Source: Hamiltosporidium tvaerminnensis FI-OER-3-3 (lineage: Eukaryota > Fungi > Microsporidia). From it: a DNA stretch of 64,000 nucleotides. Both the position numbers and the translations under genes were made by a program. Where the stretch lies: NCBI GenBank assembly GCA_022605425.2, contig JAKIMF020000001.1:2108001-2172000 (forward strand), written 5' to 3'. Under the pieces are notes generated by a model. It ran no database searches. It saw only the letters and a list, made by a program, of their open reading frames with translations, and was not told the origin of the DNA. This document shows, piece after piece, positions 37,409 to 49,689 of this stretch (its first letter is position 1; each line of letters opens with the position of its first letter).

Positions 37409-38938
37409 ATTTCAACATTAAATTTGGTCTAAATCTTATAAAAATTTTACTTTTCTTCCAAAATCTTTTTCTTATACCGCATCGAACAAAAATATTTTTC
37501 TCTTGTACACACCTTCGAATAAGACTTACCGTTTTTAATATCAAAAATATTTTTAACATAAGTGTCATTAATTGATTATAAATTACTGTATATGGTATAT
37601 GAACTTGGTAATTCATATTTTTTTTCTTTTTCATTTTGAGGCAACTTTTTTAGTCGAAAATATTTACATCGTGACAGAAATTAAATCGCTTTTATATTAA
37701 AATCATCGTTTTACGACTATAAACTATGGAGATAAAAAAATATCTGATTTTCGTAATCTTGAATTATATTTAGGAAATAAAGAAGTACCAAGTGTGATAT
37801 TAGCAATATTAAAAAGACAAATAATACCATATTGTCATATTATTTATTCAAATCAATTATTTTTAAAAGAAGAAAAATAGAATATTCTCTTATGATATTA
37901 AACCAGTTCTAGGTTTAGATACATTTCAAATTTCTTTTACATTTTTGGTGCTCCCTAGCATAATTTCATGCAAAAGCTTATCTTCTAAAGATATACAGGA
38001 TCTATTGAATAAAGAATAGTTATTTATTTTACACTTAAAATTGTGTCAAATATATGAAAACATAAAATATTTGTATCCTCTTAAAAAAAATTTACTTTAA
38101 AGAGTGATGTACGCTTACATATTTATTCAATTTCCCAACGATTTTTCGCTGTCTTTTATATATTTTCGGTTTTTTTCAAAAAATTTTTATTCTCTGAATT
38201 TGATCTTCATTTATAATTATTTTAAGTTTTTTTATTTGAAGTTATTTGCATTATAAATAGTCTACGTACTCATTTTCACATAGTAAACACCATCTTATCT
38301 ACAATTTTATATAAAGAATAAATTATACTTCTGTACTTTTGATTCTTACAAACCACATTGATGTTTTTTTTAATATCACGCCTTCATTTGTTCCTGGATC
38401 TAGTTCTATTTTTCGATTAAAAAACAGATACAACTAGTTTTTTAAGCACTATCTATTTTATGTATAGTTCCACATTCATCATTATTTGTAATTTTTGAGA
38501 TACACCTTATGCTATTTTGTCTAAATACTGTCTTTGCTTATTACATAAAGATTAATTTGAATCTAAATTTATATCCAATATTTAAATCATTTTCTAACAC
38601 TTATTTCTTCCTAAAATTTCGGTTCTACCAGTTTTAAATTACTTTTGAAAACAAGCTTAAACAGTAGATTAATTTAAAAATAATTCAAATTAAAAAAAAA
38701 AATGTTTTTAGAAATTATGATTGATTAAAGACCATAAATATGCATCATAAAGAGAATAGAATATAGAATAGGAAAAAAATAACTTAATTGTAATTTATTT
38801 AAAATTCATATATATTCGTTAAAAAATATTTTTTTCACATTTAGCTATTTAATCATTACAGATATTTATATTTTTAAAAAAATTATTATGAAAATCAGCT
38901 TAATAATACCAAATACATGGAATTTATCGTGACAAAAC

Positions 38939-39172
38939 TTAAAAAAATATTCCTTTCTTTTCCATTCTTGCTTTTTTACTCTTTTCTCTCTTTCTCTCTA
39001 ACAATTTTAAACCTCTTTTAAATGGAATAAAAGATTTCTTTTCTTTAGCACCCAACTCAACTATTTTCTTTCTCAAATGTTTAATTCTTTCTCTACCAGA
39101 TACATTTTCAATTGTATATTTCTCTACATCTGCAATTAAGTCATTTATTTCTTTTAATCGTATTTTTTTCAT
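38939..39172 (-). CDS. Small basic protein, possibly Faf1/C1orf131 (DUF4602)-like 40S biogenesis factor
   Basis: VEKY....SGRERIK..RKKIVELGAK...IPFKRGL resembles the recalled LGAK motif of this family. Coding-like composition. Confidence 0.42.
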   Translation of the reverse strand: MKKIRLKEINDLIADVEKYTIENVSGRERIKHLRKKIVELGAKEKKSFIPFKRGLKLLERKREKSKKARMEKKGIFF

Positions 39173-39487
39173 TTTATATGGCTTCCATGTTTTTTTAAAA
39201 AAAAATGTTACTTTTTTTTACAAAATTTTGTAAAATATTTTTTTGTACAAAAAATACTACAAAAAATGAAAAAAATAAATAAAAAAAATCGATAAAAAAA
39301 TATATTTTAAGTCGACTATTAATATAAAAAGAAATATATAGCAAAGATAAATTTAAATTAAATGGTTTAATAATTGAATATTTAATTCTAAAACATTTTT
39401 TTAAAAAATAAATGGACTTGAAAAAGGATAAAAAAATTACGAACTTTAAAATACTACATTGTTACATCAAGTTGGTTTAGTATAAAA

Positions 39488-39559
39488 TACGGACGGAGGG
39501 ATTTGAACCCTCAGCCTTCAGATCCGAAGTCTACTGCTCTACCGTTAAGCTACGCCCGC
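39488..39559 (-). tRNA. tRNA-Arg(TCG)
   Basis: GCGGGCG-TA-GCTT-AACGGTA-GAGC-A-GTAGA-CTTCGGA-TCTGA-AGGCT-GAGGG-TTCAAAT-CCCTC-CGTCCGT-A cloverleaf, 72 nt, anticodon TCG, one G-A mismatch in the anticodon stem. Confidence 0.93.
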
Positions 39560-39799
39560 TTTATCAATTAAAGTAATTATGAAATTAAATCGTTTTTTTA
39601 TACAAATATCTTTATTTATATTCTTTAGTTGAAGGAATATAAAGATTTTGAAAAACTAGCTGCTTAGCAATAATCAAATGAAATTGTTGTTAAAATCATC
39701 GTTTGAATTTTTAGTGGAATAAAAACCAAACTAAATTTTTAGTTGTTTAATAGAAATTCTTCTATGAAGGAATTGATCTACATACTGATGAAATTTTTT

Positions 39800-40270
39800 C
39801 TAAAGACTTTACTATGTAGTTTTTTATGTTACTAGATTGGAAAACACGGCTGAAAATTTAGGTAATTGATATGTAAAAGCATGGAAACCTTGCCTTGTTC
39901 ACTCGTGTTAGAGTACTTATAGATTATGGGATGCAAAAATAGAACTTTAAATTCTAGTCAAGGTAATTGGCAGGTTATCCCAGTTGGATGGAATTACAAC
40001 GTCTAGTTGAATCCGTGAAAGTTTCCGAGATATTTTTTAAATGAAAATTTTTTAGTTTTAGAAAGCTTAGACTAAATGAAAATTCTGTTAGTAATTGAGT
40101 AAAGGGCACACAAGGTGGATTTCGACCTGCAATAATACTTCGTACAACGAAAATTAATGAACAGTAGCCAATTTCCGAACCATTAAATTGGTTCCACACA
40201 CTTTTTAGATAAAAAGCTTATGATGTAGGTATCGCAGGGGTACTTGATGAGATTTAAGGGAAAAATTTAT
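39800..40270 (+). mobile_element. Relic of an R2-like RLE retroelement C-terminus
   Basis: Inverted homologue of 62330-62790 (shared gtaggtatcgcaggggt, gcaggttat, taggtaatt). Remnant peptides LFTRVR and YDVGIAGV. Confidence 0.55.
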
Positions 40271-40454
40271 CAATGTTAAAACTAGATATACTTTAATGAC
40301 ATGAAAACAATCTAACATCCGTCACTTGAATTAAAGAAGAAATTGCTTTCCAAGTAACAATTTTTATAGGTCTTCAGATATAAATGAATATATTTTATAG
40401 CTTTACAAAAATTATAATGGTTTTTTTATTGAGTAAAAAAAATCATTAAATTAT

Positions 40455-40592
40455 TTCTTATACTCTTCATTAATTTATTATAAGTAACAAATCTTAATAA
40501 TAATATTATAAGTGAGATTCTTATACTCTTCATTAATTTATTATAAGTAGCAAATCTTAATAATAATATTATAAATGAGATTCTTATACTCT
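40455..40592. repeat. 63-bp tandem duplication
   Basis: ttcttatactc recurs at 40455, 40518 and 40581. Confidence 0.85.
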
Positions 40593-40782
40593 AGATTTAG
40601 TAGTTTTAAGTAATTTTTATTTTTTAAAAAAATGTATTATCTAATTGATTTCTTTTGAAAAATAATTATTTTTTTAATCAAATCAATATTCTAACAAAAT
40701 TGTATGTAAATTTAAAAAAAAAAGATAGAGCAAGGTTAAATTAAATAAACGATTTTTTAACATTTTTACAGACAAAGAAAAT

Positions 40783-43700
40783 ATTTTATTTAATAAAATT
40801 CTGGGTTAACAAATTTTTCTTTTTAAATAATTCTTTCCACCATTTCAACCACTTCTATCTCTTCCTCCAACTCCAACTCTTCATTTGTATTAGTTGTTGG
40901 TTCCTTTGCTGTGGTTATGCCATCCAAAATAAGGGGTAAAATATTTTTTGTATTTTCCGTTTTAACATCATCTTCCTCGTTGTCTACTTGCTTTAAAGGG
41001 GGTATTGGTTGTTTATGCATCTCAGCTCCTAAGATAACACTTAATGATGCTCTCTCCCAGCTCTCCTCGGCATTTGGTCCAGACTCAAGTCCTCTTCGTC
41101 GATCAAAAGAAATTGTTTCGACTGTCTTCTTGAGTACTATGGATTGTATATATGCCTCTACATTCATGGGTATTTGCAGTCTCTTAACATACGTCTTATG
41201 GTATTTTGTCACAATACCGTCCCAGGTCATCACATAAGGAATTATCTCTACATTGCATTTATAAATAAGACCTAACTCATTTGCTAATAGGTCATACTTC
41301 CTAAGCTTCTCTGTTTCAACTATTTGAAGAGAGTCTTGGGATGTGATTCCTACTTCAATGAGGGTTATCCTATTCTGTCTCTTGTCTAAAATAAATATAT
41401 CTGGTCTGTTACACCGAATCTTGACATCAGTTTTTATTCTGGTGTCCACTCTTATCTCTGCATACTCATTATCAAGAATTTCTTGAACTGAGTGGCTTCT
41501 AATTCGTTTCGAAGACTTAAACTTATATTTATTCAGCAAGAGTAAATGTATACATCGTACCACTTCATTATGTCGTCTAGTATAGTCATGACCAAGCATT
41601 TTTTCACATCTCGTTGCTAAGTGATCAACAGTTTTCCTAGACTGGTTGCAGTGTTGACACATACCTTCTGCACCCCAGAAAACATTTCTATCCTGGATAT
41701 AACAGAACACTGCTTCATCCCGTGGTCTTACACTTCCTTTCTTTAACCATCTTGAGGAGTCATTTACACTTACCAGCTCGTTATTTCTAGCGCTATATAA
41801 CTTTGAATGTAGTTTTCGGTTTTTGATTTCGTTATATAGGTTAGCTAGTTGAGCTTCTTCCAATTTCTTTTTTGTGACTTCCTCTTCCAACCCGTATTTT
41901 ATTTTTAAAAAGTTTTTAATTAGTGAAAGGTGGGTTTTATTATTATTCTCAACCTTTAGGATTGCTGCTCTTCTGGTCGATGTATCTTTATGTTTTTCCA
42001 GACAATCCAAGAGTTGCAAAAGCATATGTTCGCTTTTGAACTCGACACTATGTAAACCTCTTCTAAGTTCTTTACGTGGAAGGTATAGACATTCTTTGCA
42101 TCCTGGGCGTAGATGTATTTTGTTCTTTACTAACACTGCACGCACCGCATCATCTAACTTAGAGAAGTCAGCCGGTTCAAGTTGGAGTACACCTATATGA
42201 TAGTTTAGTAAAGAAATTGCATGTTGATTAATGGCTTGAAATAAATTTCTTGCATTTAATCTCGTGCGACAAAGTCTTTCTACTCGTGCTATAAGTTTGG
42301 TCTGTACTTCCTCAAACGACTTACTTGTTGGAATTCCTCTGCTATCTTCTATAATTCCAAGGTATTTATAAACACCTATTCCTTCAAGAAGAGTAGCAGT
42401 ATCTTCACAACATGGATCATTAGTGGCTGACTTCTCTTTGTTAATTTCCAATCCTATATTATTCATAAACTTTTTAACCTCCTCTGTCATTTCTTCCAAT
42501 GTTTGTCCATCTTCGGCAAGAAGCTTAAGATCATCAATAAACAAGAGATGATTAGTCGCGTGGGATTCTGCATCTGTCTTTATTGTCACTTTTGTGTATT
42601 TCTCATTAAGCTTTCGGCTCAATGGATCCATACACAATACAAACAACAACGGTGACAGACTATCTCTTTGCAGAATCCCTCTATCAATCTTCTTGCTCAT
42701 GATTTTTTCAGGCCCTATTGATATATCAATTTTCCATTTTGATATAATTACCTTAATAAATAACAGAATCCAATCAGGTAAATCAAGGTTTCAATACATT
42801 GACTCAAATAAGCATGATCTATTGAATCATAAGCTTTTTTGACATTAATCCATGTTGCCTTAAGATTGTTTCCGTATTCCTTATTAATGGCAACATTCAA
42901 TAAGGCCTGTTCTTTCGCTCCTTGCACTCCTCTAACCGCTCCCAACTGATTATCTGAAAGTAATCCTCGTCTTTCCACCTCAACCTGAACCACTTTAGTG
43001 ACACATTTTGTAGTCAGTTTATACAGGTTTGACATACAAGTTATTGGTCTGTAATCAGAGCCAGTCTTTGGTGTACCTTTAGGTATCAGATAAGTAAGTC
43101 CACAATAATACCAATCGGCTTGAGGCGTTCCTTCTAAACATATGGCTTTTACAATATCGTAAAGATATTTATGAAGGCTCGTAAGTTTCTTGATGTAAAA
43201 GTTATAAATACCATCAATTCCAGCGGCTTTCCAGTTAGGCAGCCAATTGATGATATCTATAAACTCTTCAAATGAAGGAAACGTGGTCTGTTGCGTATCT
43301 GACACGAAAGGTATCAAATACTCATCATATGTAACTACTTTATCATTTTTATTCCACATTGTAGACCAAAATTCTGAAATTTCGTCACGATAAACCACAT
43401 GCTCGGATTCAACGCGCTCAGATAACCCTCGATATAATCGACCTCGGAATAACTCAAACATACGATTCTCTTTTCGAAATTTTCTCCTACTTTCATACAT
43501 CGTAATTTTTTTCTCGTACACATTCAAGGCCTCATTCTTCTTAACCAAAGCCTCGGAGAGATCATTTATTTTGCTTAAGTCTAAATTAAACTCTCGCATA
43601 ATTTTTCTGAGACTTTTTGTTTCCGAAGTAGAGAGCTTTTCCTGCTTGCGAGCCTTCTCGAGGAGATCTTTGGAAAGTACTAACTTAGAAATTTTACATT

Positions 43701-44600
43701 CTATGTTTTCCTTCCAAGCGGATCTAGGTTTCTCCTTACGTGTTTCCTCGTCATAACATACCTGGGCCGCCTGGATGATTCGAGCTGCATCACTAACATT
43801 CTTAGGCACATGGGATTCAGCATATTCACCTGTGATCCGATTTATGAGTTCCAAAACTTTACTATCAACCAATTCACTTGGAAGTTTTCTAGTTCGGACC
43901 ACTACATCTCCGATTTCCTTGATTTTGCACAAGAACTTTTCTCTCAGGTTCATATAGAGTGTGGTGTCAGTTAAAGAACATGGCTCGGCGAGACAAGTGG
44001 CGATTCTACGTCGCTCTCCATTCTCTTCTTGCCTTATTTCTCTTTCTGCCTCATTATGTATTAATTTTTTTAACACATCGATATCAACAGTTCGACCAAA
44101 TTTCCCATTATAGTACCTAAGAATTGCAGACCAGCCATTTCTAGGCATTCTCTCAAACCTTTTTTGCACCGCTGAAATAGCAGATCTAGGCCATTCCTGC
44201 TCTACGGCTGTGACAGAGTCAAGTATTGAATGCAATACCATCAGTCGATTTCCTTCTGGAATGGCAGGTACATTGAGGTTTTCCATTGTGTTGGCTGGTC
44301 TACACGCAGAAGAATCGGGACAGGAAGAAGGGAGTGCGGAATCGAGCAGGCTAATTGGAGTAGCCTGAAGCGTATTGCTCGATGGGGAGTGAGTGTTATT
44401 ATAGATGGTCGGTTGTGGTGGAAGCGTCTCGGATATAGTTACTACATCTCTATCACACGTTTTTATCTCTTTAAAACTAATTTCCGAGTTGTTTACAGCA
44501 TTTATTTCATCATTTTTTATATTTTCGCTGTCAACTTTTTTTCTTCTACCCATATAATTTTGATAAAGAAAATATAAAAATTAATGGGAGTATTTAAATT
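40783..44600 (-). mobile_element. Near-intact full-length R4/Dong-like non-LTR retrotransposon (single ORF: RT + CCHC + restriction-like endonuclease), frameshifted
   Basis: ORFs 44553-42748 and 42700-40823 join by restoring one A at 42789-42791 (IENLDLPDWIL...). Motifs: WKAAGIDG, YRPITC, LFIDD, YKYLG, CQHC..TVDHLATRC, RRHN, NRPD, IEVG, EK..KY. The 5' boundary is approximate. Confidence 0.93.
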
Positions 44601-44627
44601 TAAAAGAAGCTATAGTGGTCTATTTAC

Positions 44628-44833
44628 AGATATAAATATATATTTCTATTAAAATTATATGAAATATTTATATAATTAATGGTTTTTTGTACTGAGTAAA
44701 TAAATATTAAAATACTTCTCTTTACTGAAGATATAAATATATATTTCTATTAAAATTATATGAAATATTATTATAATTAATGGTTTTTTGTATTGAGTAA
44801 ATAAATATTAAAATACTTCTCTTTACTGAAGAT
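44628..44833. repeat. 101-bp tandem duplication, with a related unit at ~40375-40465
   Basis: agatataaatatatatttctattaaaattatatgaaatatt starts at 44628 and 44729. Confidence 0.85.
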
Positions 44834-45083
44834 AAACTTAATAATAAATTTGAATAAAAACAAATTGAAAAACGAATTAGAATATTTCTATTTGGACGTA
44901 AAATATAAAAAATTTATAGGAATTAAATTTTTATAAATTAAAATACTTTTTTTAGAAATTTAATGACAAAAAATATATTAAGATTCTATAAAAATGACTC
45001 GATTTTAGTTATAAAAATTTGTTTGACCAATTAAGAAAGTTAAAAAGTTAAAAAGACCATCATTTTTATTTATAAAATTTTCA

Positions 45084-45554
45084 TTAATTTTTTTTATGAG
45101 ATGAGCATCTTTCCACTAAATTATTAAAAGTAAATTCTTCAAAAGAATTAAAAGTCATCTGTTTACTTATACTGAGACTAGAAGTCAATAGAAGTCCACT
45201 ATTAGAATAAATGACTCTATCATTTGCAGAACAGTGATCATCTGGTATGTATGTTATAAGACATACCATATTACGAAATGCTCTATCATTTCTGTAAAAA
45301 CCAAAGTCATAAATTACGTAGCAACAGCTATTCTTCTTTATTTTTGATTTGCAAATATCAAAAATCTTTCTCATTTCTTTTTCATCCATTGCATCACCTG
45401 ATGCAGATGAGTTGGTTCTTTCGTACGTATCTAATATTGCAAACTCTACTGGCTTAAATGAAGGTATGTTAAATATAACAAATATTGATTCCCTTCTTTT
45501 TAGCTTTTCTGATTCTCTTTTCACTTCATCAAGACCAACTGTTTCATGAGCCAT
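45084..45554 (-). CDS. COF1: ADF/cofilin-family actin-depolymerizing factor
   Basis: LKRRESIFVIFNI, CCYVIYDF.F, RNMVCLITYIPDD...RVIYSNS match the ADF-H pattern (recalled). cccttaaaaa precedes the ATG. Confidence 0.78.
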   Translation of the reverse strand: MAHETVGLDEVKRESEKLKRRESIFVIFNIPSFKPVEFAILDTYERTNSSASGDAMDEKEMRKIFDICKSKIKKNSCCYVIYDFGFYRNDRAFRNMVCLITYIPDDHCSANDRVIYSNSGLLLTSSLSISKQMTFNSFEEFTFNNLVERCSSHKKN

Positions 45555-45789
45555 TTTTTAAGGGTTGTTTTTATTTTTTATGAAATTTTGGACGAATTAT
45601 AAATTTTTTTAAAAAATAAAAAACAGGAATCAAATTTTTAATTATAAATGACATTTTAAGAAATATTCATAATTATTTTTACGCGTTATATTAAATAAGG
45701 CTGTAAGCAAATGGAATAATTAAATTCTATGGTCGAGTCGCAATTATTTCTCAGAAAGTATTTAAAGAAAAATCTAATATCGAATTTGG

Positions 45790-45990
45790 TTATTGTTAAT
45801 GACATTCTAAGAAAAGTGGTGGTAAAAAGAAGACAAGATGGACGTTGGAAATATGACTAGATAATGTCAAGAAGTATCTATGGAAACTTAATGTGCTGCG
45901 AAAAGAAGTTTGGTGCAAATTAGGGAAGAATGAAGAAGTATCGTTAATGAAGCACAAACTCTTCGATAGCTGTAGGGCTGTGGATTAAGT
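45790..45990 (+). mobile_element. 3'-end fragment of an RTE-clade LINE
   Basis: RRW..DNVKK.L..L.V...SIVNEAQ remnants ending in gctgtagggc...taagtag, resembling RTE C-termini and 3' ends. Confidence 0.5.
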
Positions 45991-46599
45991 AGCAATTAAG
46001 AAGTGTTGCAATTAATTTTTTAAGAATTTGGCAACAAAAATTTGAAATTGGATTACGTTTTTGTTAATTAGATTCTTAAGAAATGTCAAGATATATTTTA
46101 TAGGGAAGTCCCTGAAAATTTGAAATAAAATTGGTTTTTGCTATTGAAAATTTTAAGAAATTTAAACAGGCTATTTTTACTTTGATATGTTTTTGGAGCA
46201 AAATTCTAGTTCATATTAAATTATTTGTGTATTTTAGTTGTACTTTTGAAAAACACTCTTTGGAAACGTTTTTTAAGTATAAAATATAATTTTTGGTATC
46301 TAATCAAATTTGATTTTAAAACAATACAAATTTTAAGTGATTGTGACTTAATTTCAATTAAATTGAATACAACAAACTTCAAGGTTTCATGTAAGTTTGA
46401 ATAAGAAATACTTTCTAAATAGCTTAAACTCTAAATCCATTAGCAAATGCTTGTTCAAATAAAATTGAATAAAAGCCTAAGTCAATATGATTAAATTAAA
46501 AAAATATATTTACTAAATTAATCGTACAAAATATAAATAGAAATTACTTTTAAAAAAGTAAAGAACCTGGATAATATTCTAACTTATGATCCAAAAGCT

Positions 46600-46945
46600 A
46601 CAACATGGTGCCAAGTAAAAATAATGTAAGGATTTAACAATGTAATTAAGAAATATATGATCTTCATCAAAGAGTTAAATAGGCATCTGAGCTAAAACAG
46701 AAAAGACTTGGCGGATTCAGATATGTAGAGAGAATCTATATAGAAAAAACTGCTAATAAATTTGCAAAACTGTACCCTGAAGGTAAAAGAAGACGAGGTT
46801 GACCTCAAAAAAATATGTCTATAAATTATTAAATAGAAGCCGAGGAAACATTTATGTTACAATAGAGAATTTTGGTTAGTAATGGAAAAAATAAAGAAAA
46901 TCATTAAGAAGACCATGCTATATAAGAGCTGTGCGCCGCCGCGTA
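46600..46945 (+). mobile_element. 3' fragment of an RTE-clade LINE
   Basis: LKQKRLGGFRYVERI...PEGKRRRG*P resembles RRLRWFGHVERM...GKRRRGRP; ends gagctgtgcgcc. Confidence 0.6.
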
Positions 46946-47449
46946 ATTTGTTTTTTAGGACAAACTATTGTTTTTTCTGGTGAAATATCGATTTAAAAAG
47001 TGTAAATAACCATATCAAGGTTAATTAATTCTTTCAAATCGATTATGATTTAGCTCTCGATTTGAAAATGCTTAAAATAATTTCACTGGGAGATCTAACG
47101 TGGTATTTTGGTTCTGCATTAACTTCTCCAAAAATATCTACGATCTAAGGTCTATATAAATAAATTATAGTTTATTCTTTGGTATAGTTTTGGAAGTAAG
47201 TGCAAATTCGAATGAGTACTACAATTATTCTAACATTAAAAATCGAAATAATAGAGTATATTTATTTTGATAAGACGCTATCATTAGATCTATGGTGCAC
47301 AAAACAGTGAGATTATTTATTTTTGCTTCTAGATAAACTTTATAATCAAAATAAACTACACACGAGTGAGAAAATATTAAGTAAATAAGCCCTGAATAGA
47401 GCTCAATACTGTGGATGATCATATAAATTAGATAAATCCCTAATAATGT

Positions 47450-48000
47450 AGGAAAAAAGTCAAATAGAACGTAAAATTGATATGTATATCAAATAATAAC
47501 AAAAAATGAAAATTGCACGGCTTTTGATATGTCTTTCTGTATAATAGATTCAATTAGATGCTATAATTTAACCGAAATTGCTTCGCAAGCATCGTTTTAA
47601 ATGTTTAAAACTGTATGCTCAAAAGGGGAATTCTATGGTAAATAGTTTTGGACATGCCTTTACTTTTTCTATCAAGATATCAGTTTATCTAATAATATGA
47701 AATATTATTTTCAAGAAGCATAATTTATACTTTAAAAGGAAACAAAAACTAGTCGGAATACAGACTATAGAATCAATGTTTCATAAACTCACAGTCGAAA
47801 ACAGTTCTCATTATCAACCAAGAGAATTCTATTCAAGATAAAATCTAGGTAAGAGTTTGTAAAAACCATAATATGAAGCCATATAAGAAACGTAGCTGGA
47901 TGAAAGACGGATATTTAGGTACTTATGAAATCTTGATAAATATTTTTTTTCCTACGAACGCAATAATTATTATAATCTATTCTTGATAAAAAAAAATTTT
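47450..48000 (+). mobile_element. Possible Ty3/Gypsy integrase relic
   Basis: Weak remnants AYNL..I and LDE..YLGTYEILDK (GPY/F-like motif). Confidence 0.3.
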
Positions 48001-49384
48001 GAAAGTAAGGCATGGAATCAGAATATAGATGAGAAGTTTAAAATACAAAGAGTTAGTTGAAGTCAAAATGATGTTGATATAGAAGTAAAAGCATGAGCTG
48101 ATGTGCAACTAAAATGTTTTTTGTTATAAATAGTACCATGGTTGTCCAGAAAACCTTTGAACATAGCCTATGCTGAGGACTTGAGATATTATCTATATGA
48201 AAGAAAAATATAAAAATCTTTATTTAGGGCCATGGCAACAAAAACACCAAAGGTATGACTAAAGATAAATCAGATCAAAAGAATGTAAAGGAAAATGACA
48301 ATTTCGCTAATGTATCAAATACAAGCCTCGGAATCGACTTTTTTGAACCTTCAAAATGTATTGAGCTTTAAATATTTAAGAACTATTATAACAGAAAATA
48401 GCAAAAGAATGAAGAAATCACGGAGCAAATGAAGACTAGAAATGTAGTCTATTTTTTGATGCATTGCTGATTGAATCAAGAAAATATGTAAGAATTTTGA
48501 AATGAATACATATTGTAAAAAAAACGTAGCTTATGACTTCTAAATTTCATATATTTTTAATAGGAATGCCAAATCTTTTTGCATTCAATAAAAAGTTTAA
48601 TATGGTATACTTATATTGTTCTTTAGTGAGTTTTAAATTTCTAGTATATTTGTCAATATATCTTTTTAAAATGTCAAAAAAATCCGGAAACCCATGATTA
48701 ATAATTTTTTTGCTTCAAAGATAATTTGATTGCTTGTAATGAGTTTTAATCACTCAGCAGTTCCGTTATATTTAATCATTGGGGAGAAAAATGCTATAGT
48801 GGTGTTAACAGAAAAGGATATTCAATAAAAAAAATTATGAAATGCTTCTTCAAGTATCTCGGTCTAGAGTCTATGATAGTTTATAAAAGTATAAAAATGT
48901 AAAAAATATAAATAGTAAACATGGATCTAGACGATTCCTCGTATAAATATTACCATGACCAATAGAATTTCTGAATTTACAAGAAAAAATCTTAAAATTA
49001 GTCAAGCAGAAATCACTCAAAAATTGGAGGCTTTATTTAATTATAATGATAATGACCAGACTATAAGAAATCCACAAATAAAGTTGGTATCTATCACCAT
49101 CTCTTGCTAAAAAAATTGTTCCACTGAAAAATATAATTGCTAGATTAAAAATTTCAAAAATATTTTTATCAATCTCAGATTACAATTAGAACGTAAAATA
49201 TTTAATATTCAATACAATTTCAATTTGTTAAATCCATATGGTACGGCTTAAGTATGAAAGAAGTTGAGAAAACGCTTAAATCCCAAATATAGGACATAAA
49301 TAGTTAATATACTAGCGGGAATATTATGGTAAAGCCATGTACGTCATATCACCTGTTTAAATTCTGGAATATGTTGATTCTAAT

Positions 49385-49620
49385 ATTGTCCCACTGTTAC
49401 GGGTGCATTGTTGGCTTAGAGTATTCTCTGCTTGTCGTAAGAAGCGACTAGACGGAACTGGTTCTCCTGATTGGTGTTGAGCATAGGGCTAAAAACCCAC
49501 CCTTCAAAACCACCTTGTACAAAACCCTAAATGTAAACAAATTTACTGGAAAAAGACCGATGGGGTATTACTGAGGGCGGTCAAAGCTCGTGCGGAGCTT
49601 TACTGCCGAAGATGATGATG
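49385..49620 (+). mobile_element. Short non-autonomous bipartite RTE-derived element (5' UTR motifs fused to the 3' end)
   Basis: gcttgtcgtaagaagcgacta hairpin (49430-49450) and gttgagcatagggctaaaaacccaccc resemble recalled RTE 5' UTR motifs. The 3' part gagggcggtcaaagctcgtgcggagctttactgccgaa ends in (GAT)3G. Confidence 0.6.
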
Positions 49621-49689
49621 TTCGATACTGATATGAACCGACTATATATGTTACTATTCTTGCAAAAAATTTAGAACCACTGCTAGAAA

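Noticed and set aside
42700-42800. Programmed frameshift or two-ORF organisation of the retroelement
   Set aside because: The break falls inside the RT domain, there is no slippery heptamer, a single-base restoration gives one ORF, and other inactivating lesions are present.
40760-44640. tttacaga as the TSD of the full-length element
   Set aside because: Short, AT-rich and not adjacent to the 3' junction.
49385-49460. HDV-like or twister ribozyme call
   Set aside because: I could not fold a complete nested double pseudoknot; only a hairpin is supported.
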